DNA of 63,623 bases, the filler included, from an uncultured Methanosarcinales archaeon (GTDB lineage: Archaea; Nanobdellota; Nanobdellia; Woesearchaeales; CAYXTQ01), in assembly GCA_964608065.1 (NCBI GenBank). It is 5 parts of 5 records of this genome, joined end to end, with 100 filler letters (N's around TTAATTAATTAA, not from the genome) between each part and the next. Parts side by side here need not be neighbours in the genome. Positions count along the whole stretch, not along the records: positions 52,129 to 63,623 come from CAZSMA010000048.1; 4 more parts are not named here. One strand, 5' to 3'. Both the position numbers and the translations under genes were made by a program. Numbering within the stretch: the stretch's first letter is position 1; each line of letters opens with the position of its first letter. The notes under the pieces were generated by a model. The model did no database searches, was not told where the DNA came from, and saw only the letters and a program-made list of their open reading frames with translations. Of the stretch, positions 59,272 through 63,623 are shown one piece after another.

Positions 59272-59430
59272 ATGGGTAAAAAGAAAAGTATAGGCGGCAT
59301 GCTTATTCCAGCAGGTCTTTTGATAGGTCTTGGCATAGGTTTAGCAATTAACAAAGTTGCAGCAGGTACAATAATTGGCCTAGGAATTGGATTTTTAGCT
59401 GCTTTTATTTTTGCAAAGAAGAAAAAGTAA
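59272..59430 (+). CDS. Small Gly-rich two-TM protein (52 aa, absent from ORF track)
   Basis: GGTGA RBS; PAGLLIGLGIG...AGTIIGLGIGF. Confidence 0.75.
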   Translation: MGKKKSIGGMLIPAGLLIGLGIGLAINKVAAGTIIGLGIGFLAAFIFAKKKK

Positions 59431-59485
59431 GTTTTTTTTTTTTTTTGATTAAATTTTTATAGTAATGTATTTTTAATTCCAATAT

Positions 59486-59815
59486 ATGTATCTTAACCCA
59501 AAAACTTTCAAATGCAAACAATGCGGAGAATGCTGTGAAACAGTTGTTAAGTTAACTACTAAGGAAATCAAAGCAATAGAAGATAAAGGATATAATGATT
59601 TCTTAGAGATTGACCCTATTAAAGGAAAAAACAAAGACTGTCTTAAAAGAATCAATCAAAAATGCATTTTCTTAAAAGATGATTATTGCGAAATATATGA
59701 AATAAGGCCTAAAACATGCAGACTATACCCTTTTATAAGCAAAAACCTTAAAATCAACTCTTGCAAGCCCAGAGATGTATTTCCTTTCTATAAAAATGTC
59801 AGAAATTTTCAATAA
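59486..59815 (+). CDS. YkgJ/CxxCxxCC family Zn/Fe-cluster protein
   Basis: CKQCGECC, CIFL, C.IYE.RP..CR.YPF. Confidence 0.92.
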   Translation: MYLNPKTFKCKQCGECCETVVKLTTKEIKAIEDKGYNDFLEIDPIKGKNKDCLKRINQKCIFLKDDYCEIYEIRPKTCRLYPFISKNLKINSCKPRDVFPFYKNVRNFQ

Positions 59816-59915
59816 TTTATGTTAAATTGTGAAAATTTCTGATCATGCTCAAAAACCATTATTCAAATTTGTGGTAAGCAATATTATATCAATCCATAAA
59901 TCATGGTTTTTGACA
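59797..59915 (+). repeat. Cloverleaf palindromic repeat, copy C
   Basis: TGTC-AGAAATTTTCA..TGAAAATTTCT-GATCATGCTC-AAAAACCAT..ATGGTTTTT-GACA. Confidence 0.9.
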
Positions 59916-59993
59916 CATATAAACTAGTAAACTTTTTAAATACATGCTTATTATTGCTCTAAATAAATATATAGGAGGGAATTTAAAAAAAAA

Positions 59994-60512
59994 ATGGCAG
60001 ATTTTAAACTAACAATAAATAATGCAAAAGGGTTGAGTGTACAGAGAGAACTTAAAGACCCTCAATCTAGTGCATTAATTGGAAAAAAAATAAAGGAAAA
60101 AATAGATGGAAACCTAATTGGCTTAGCTGGCTATGAATTTCAAATAACTGGCGGCTCTGATTATTGCGGATTTCCAATGAGATGGGATGTTCCAGGAACA
60201 AGAAGAAAAAAGATTCTGGCAGTAAAAGGTGTTGGAATAAAAAGAAAATTAGGCAAAGGAATCAAACAAAGAAAAAACGTTTGCGGAAACACAATCCATG
60301 AAAAGATTGTTCAGATCAATCTTAAAATTATTAAAGAAGGTAAAGAAGACTTAGGATTCAAAGCAAAGAAAGAAGGAGACAAAAAAGAAGCACCAAAAAA
60401 GGAAGTTAAAGAAAAACCTAAGGAAGAGAAAAAGGAAGCTCCAAAGAAAGAAGAAAAACCAAAAGAAAAGAAAGAAGAACCTAAGAAAGAGGAAAAGAAA
60501 ATAAATGCCTAG
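59994..60512 (+). CDS. rps6e: 30S ribosomal protein S6e with K/E-rich tail
   Basis: 'ITGGSD..GFPMR.DV.G', 'RK.V.G..I...I.QIN'. Confidence 0.95.
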   Translation: MADFKLTINNAKGLSVQRELKDPQSSALIGKKIKEKIDGNLIGLAGYEFQITGGSDYCGFPMRWDVPGTRRKKILAVKGVGIKRKLGKGIKQRKNVCGNTIHEKIVQINLKIIKEGKEDLGFKAKKEGDKKEAPKKEVKEKPKEEKKEAPKKEEKPKEKKEEPKKEEKKINA

Positions 60513-61764
60513 AAAAAAGAAAGAAGTTGCTGAACAAGTACAACCTGTTATAAACATAGGAATGGTGGGCCATGTTGATCATGGAAAAACAACCTTACTT
60601 GAAAGATTAAGCGGTAAATGGACAGATACTCATTCTGAAGAAATGAAAAGAGGCATCACAATAAAACTAGGCTATGCTGATGTTGTATTCAGAAAATGCC
60701 CTAAATGTCGTGGCCATAATTCTTACACAATAAAAGAAGAATGTGATAAGCATAAGGTAAAATCAAAATTTGTAAGGAAAGTAAGTTTTGTAGATGCTCC
60801 TGGACACGAAAGCTTAATGGCAACAATGCTTTCAGGAGCAACAATAGTGGACGGAGCTTTGTTATTAGTAGCAGCTAATGAACCTTGCCCACAACCTCAA
60901 ACAAGAGAACATCTGATGGCTCTGGAAATTATAGGTGTTGAAAACTTAATAATAGTACAAAACAAAATTGATTTAGTTGATGATAAAAAAGCATTGGAAA
61001 ACTATAAACAAATAAAAGAATTTCTGAAAACAAGCAAATACAAAGATGTTCCAATTATCCCAATATCTGCTCAGCAAAATGTAAATATTAGTGCTTTAAT
61101 AGAAGCTATTGAAAAAAACATTCCTACTGCAAAAAGAGACACTTCTAAAGATCCTATGATGGTTGTAGCTCGTAGTTTTGATATAAACAAACCAGGATCT
61201 TTAATAAAAGACTTGAAAGGTGGTGTTTTAGGTGGCTGCCTAAAGCAAGGTAAATTAATTGAAGGTCAGGAAATAGAGATTAAGCCAGGAAGAATGGTTG
61301 AAGAAAAAAACCAAAAAATATGGAAGCCTATCAAAACAAAAATAACGAGTATTATAACAGGTGGTGCTAAAGTCAAAGAAGTTGTTCCAGGAGGTTCAAT
61401 AGGAATCCAGACATTATTAGATCCATCTTTAGTCAAATCAGACTCACTAACAGGCTCTGTTATGGGTTCACCTGGAAAACTACCTAATGTATGGTATAAT
61501 TTTAAACTAGAGATTCATTTGCTTGAAAGAGTTGTAGGAAGCAAAGAAGACTTGAATGTTGAGCCTATCAAGATGGGAGAATCTTTAATGTTGAATGTAA
61601 ACAGTGCAGCAACAGTAGGAATAGTAACTGAATTAGGTAAAAATACAGTTAGATGCATCTTAAAATTACCAGTTTGTGCAAATCCTGGCTCTAGAGTTAC
61701 AATCTCAAGAAGGATTGGCAACAGATTCAGGTTAATTGGATATGGTGTTATACAAGATGTTTAA
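60505..61764 (+). CDS. eif2g: Translation initiation factor 2 gamma subunit
   Basis: GHVDHGKT, RGITIKLGYA, DAPGH, NKID, RSFDINKPG. Confidence 0.97.
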   Translation: MPRKKKEVAEQVQPVINIGMVGHVDHGKTTLLERLSGKWTDTHSEEMKRGITIKLGYADVVFRKCPKCRGHNSYTIKEECDKHKVKSKFVRKVSFVDAPGHESLMATMLSGATIVDGALLLVAANEPCPQPQTREHLMALEIIGVENLIIVQNKIDLVDDKKALENYKQIKEFLKTSKYKDVPIIPISAQQNVNISALIEAIEKNIPTAKRDTSKDPMMVVARSFDINKPGSLIKDLKGGVLGGCLKQGKLIEGQEIEIKPGRMVEEKNQKIWKPIKTKITSIITGGAKVKEVVPGGSIGIQTLLDPSLVKSDSLTGSVMGSPGKLPNVWYNFKLEIHLLERVVGSKEDLNVEPIKMGESLMLNVNSAATVGIVTELGKNTVRCILKLPVCANPGSRVTISRRIGNRFRLIGYGVIQDV

Positions 61765-61894
61765 AAAAGCAAAAATCGCAAAGCTGATTACATTTTTGAT
61801 ATTTGCAGCTGCTATAATATTTTTAGTCTTGCTGACAAAAAACAAAGGCGACTTTGCAGCAGTATTTGCAGATATTTTTGGAATATTTAAGTAA
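61757..61894 (+). CDS. Small membrane protein (45 aa)
   Basis: MFKKAKIAK followed by a hydrophobic helix; overlaps the eif2g stop. Confidence 0.55.
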   Translation: MFKKAKIAKLITFLIFAAAIIFLVLLTKNKGDFAAVFADIFGIFK

Positions 61895-61940
61895 GATATT
61901 TATATCTGCTTTGCTTAATTATAGTAAAAGGGGTGGTTAA

Positions 61941-62057
61941 ATGGAAGATCCATTAAAAAGAGTAGAGATTATTGAAAATATAAGAAATAGACTGATTTCT
62001 ATGAATGTAAATTCTCAGTTTGCAGATGAAATAGCAAGAAGATGGTTTAGGTATTAA
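61941..62057 (+). CDS. Small hypothetical protein (38 aa)
   Basis: GGGGTGG RBS and upstream TATA. Confidence 0.5.
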   Translation: MEDPLKRVEIIENIRNRLISMNVNSQFADEIARRWFRY

Positions 62058-62629
62058 TATTTTCTAGATTTAGAAACTAATCTCTGCAATGTATCTACTT
62101 CTTTCATTAATCTTAACTTTTCTTTATCCATTTCATCAATTTTATTTGTAAAATTAGTTAATTCAAAGTCTTCTTTCTTTATGCTTTTGCTTATTTCCTT
62201 TAATTTCTGTATCTCTTCTGTTAAGCTTGTAGTATGGCTTAAAACAGAACTAATCTTCTGCTTTAAATCATTATATGAGCTAATATCTCCTTTTAGGTCA
62301 TTAGTATGGTTCAGCATCTCTTCTCTAAACTCTTTTGTTAAATCTTCTATCATACTTTTCTTTTGGTTTGAAACAAAAACCTTGAAATTAGTGATTTCAC
62401 TCTGAAGTTCATCTTTTAAAGTATTTATTGTTGATATTTTTTCTTTTAATGAATTCGCCATTTCATCGCTATCTTTATTTAACTGTTCTTTAATATTAGA
62501 AAAACCTTCTCTCAGACTGGATATTTCTTTAGTCAGTTCATTAACAACCTTGATATTATTCTCAACACTAGAGTTTAATTTATCCAAAGCTTCTCTTGTT
62601 TGCATAAGCTCTTTTATTTTTTTAATCAT
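62054..62629 (-). CDS. Coiled-coil hypothetical protein
   Basis: 191 aa heptad-rich ORF. Confidence 0.7.
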   Translation of the reverse strand: MIKKIKELMQTREALDKLNSSVENNIKVVNELTKEISSLREGFSNIKEQLNKDSDEMANSLKEKISTINTLKDELQSEITNFKVFVSNQKKSMIEDLTKEFREEMLNHTNDLKGDISSYNDLKQKISSVLSHTTSLTEEIQKLKEISKSIKKEDFELTNFTNKIDEMDKEKLRLMKEVDTLQRLVSKSRKY

Positions 62630-62665
62630 CCTGATAGCAATTTTGAGTTTTATATAAAAAAGTTT

Positions 62666-63466
62666 CTAAAAATCCAAAGGGCTCTTTATTTTTGATATGT
62701 CTTTATTTGATACTTTAGTATAAATCATAGTCGTCTGCAGATTAGCATGCCCTAATAAATCCCTAATATACCTAATATCAGTTCCTCTCTCAAGCAAATG
62801 AGTTGCAAAGCTATGCCTTAATGTATGGGGTGTTATTTTCTTTTTTATTTTTGCATTTTCAGCACTTTTTTTTACAATAAGCTCTATAGTTCTTAGAGAA
62901 TATTTACTATTTCTATTATTTTTGAACACTAATCCTTCTTTTTCTATATCTAATTTCATCAAATTCTTCTTAGCCTTAGGAGATAACATTACAATCCTGT
63001 CTTTGTTTCCTTTTGCCAGTTTTAAATGGATTATATTTCTATCAAAATCAATATCATTCCATCTTAAATTAATAATCTCGCTTACTCTTAATCCAGAGGA
63101 ATACATCAACATAATCATTGTCCTGTGAATAAAATTTTTAGTAACAATAATCATTCTCCCAATCTCCTGCTTAGATAGAATAACATGTAGTTTCTTGTCT
63201 CTTTTGACATTAGGTATTTTCTCAATAATCTTATTTATTGATTTATCCTGCTTGGATTTAATCCCCAGATAAAACTTAATAGCAAATCCAGCAACTCTCA
63301 CAGTTTCCTTACTCTTTCTGTCATTAATCAATCTCAGCAAATACTTCTTTGAATCAAGTTTGGACTTAAGAAATTTATCAACATGATACACATAGGCATT
63401 TATGGTTTTTCTAGAATACCCTCTTAATTTCAACTCATTAATCAATTTATTTTTCCAATTATCCAT
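62666..63466 (-). CDS. XerA/XerD/IntI-like tyrosine recombinase
   Basis: 'LRGYS..TI.AY', GLRVSE, KG.KDR, HTLRHSFATH, LGH, TMIY, terminal SPLD. Confidence 0.95.
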   Translation of the reverse strand: MDNWKNKLINELKLRGYSRKTINAYVYHVDKFLKSKLDSKKYLLRLINDRKSKETVRVAGFAIKFYLGIKSKQDKSINKIIEKIPNVKRDKKLHVILSKQEIGRMIIVTKNFIHRTMIMLMYSSGLRVSEIINLRWNDIDFDRNIIHLKLAKGNKDRIVMLSPKAKKNLMKLDIEKEGLVFKNNRNSKYSLRTIELIVKKSAENAKIKKKITPHTLRHSFATHLLERGTDIRYIRDLLGHANLQTTMIYTKVSNKDISKIKSPLDF

Positions 63467-63547
63467 AATCTAACCCCCAATTCTAATAATAAGATTAAAA
63501 ACAGACTAACAACATATATAAATACTTCGCTTTTCAATGAAATACCA

Positions 63548-63578
63548 CTATTAAACGTAATAAAACTACGTTTAATAG
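63548..63578. other. Candidate recombinase binding/crossover site
   Basis: Perfect IR CTATTAAACGTA-ATAAAAC-TACGTTTAATAG ~80 bp upstream of the recombinase start. Confidence 0.6.
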
Positions 63579-63623
63579 GTGTTGCGGCGAAATTTCCAAT
63601 TTTCCTCGACGAGGAAACCTGAT

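Noticed and set aside
60360..60505. Repeats in the rps6e 3' end
   Set aside because: Low-complexity K/E/P protein tail, not a DNA repeat element.
119..63128. Many short antisense ORFs in the track (e.g. 668-1021, 24771-25286, 44608-45021, 46840-47280)
   Set aside because: Shadows of well-supported genes on the opposite strand, with no motifs or RBS.
1..63623. tRNA, rRNA genes and CRISPR arrays
   Set aside because: No GC-rich cloverleaf with T-loop consensus, no rRNA-like tract and no regularly spaced repeat-spacer array seen by eye.

Overview
AT-rich archaeal sequence, most likely DPANN/Woesearchaeota-like (inferred from rps6e, eIF2-gamma, class I LysRS, dph5, PINA, GGGGGTG/GAGGTG ribosome-binding sites and TATA promoters). 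The window is five contigs joined by artificial N/TTAATTAATTAA linkers (13360-13459, 26499-26598, 39316-39415, 52029-52128), so adjacency across linkers means nothing. Contig 1 is a defence region: an RHH gene plus a PD-(D/E)XK nuclease between two copies of a hairpin motif, a toxin-antitoxin pair, a type I R-M operon carrying Shedu-like and Mrr genes, and radC. Contig 2 is mostly housekeeping. Contig 3 holds a ~9.2 kb integrative element inserted in the 3' end of dph5 (36-bp att repeats), with a tyrosine integrase, a type II R-M pair, a vsr remnant, two lipoproteins and an unknown two-gene candidate defence operon. Contig 4 holds four B12-binding radical SAM genes interleaved with glycosyltransferases, then sua5 and rtcB. 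Contig 5 has NAD kinase, a csp/DEAD-box pair, lysS, rps6e, eIF2-gamma and a Xer/IntI-like recombinase next to an att-like inverted repeat. The most interesting non-coding signals are a dispersed cloverleaf-like palindromic repeat with covarying stems that appears to invade gene 3' ends, a ~270-nt candidate structured RNA, and a conserved-scaffold motif with a variable 9-nt segment. All calls come from reading motifs by eye; no database searches were run.
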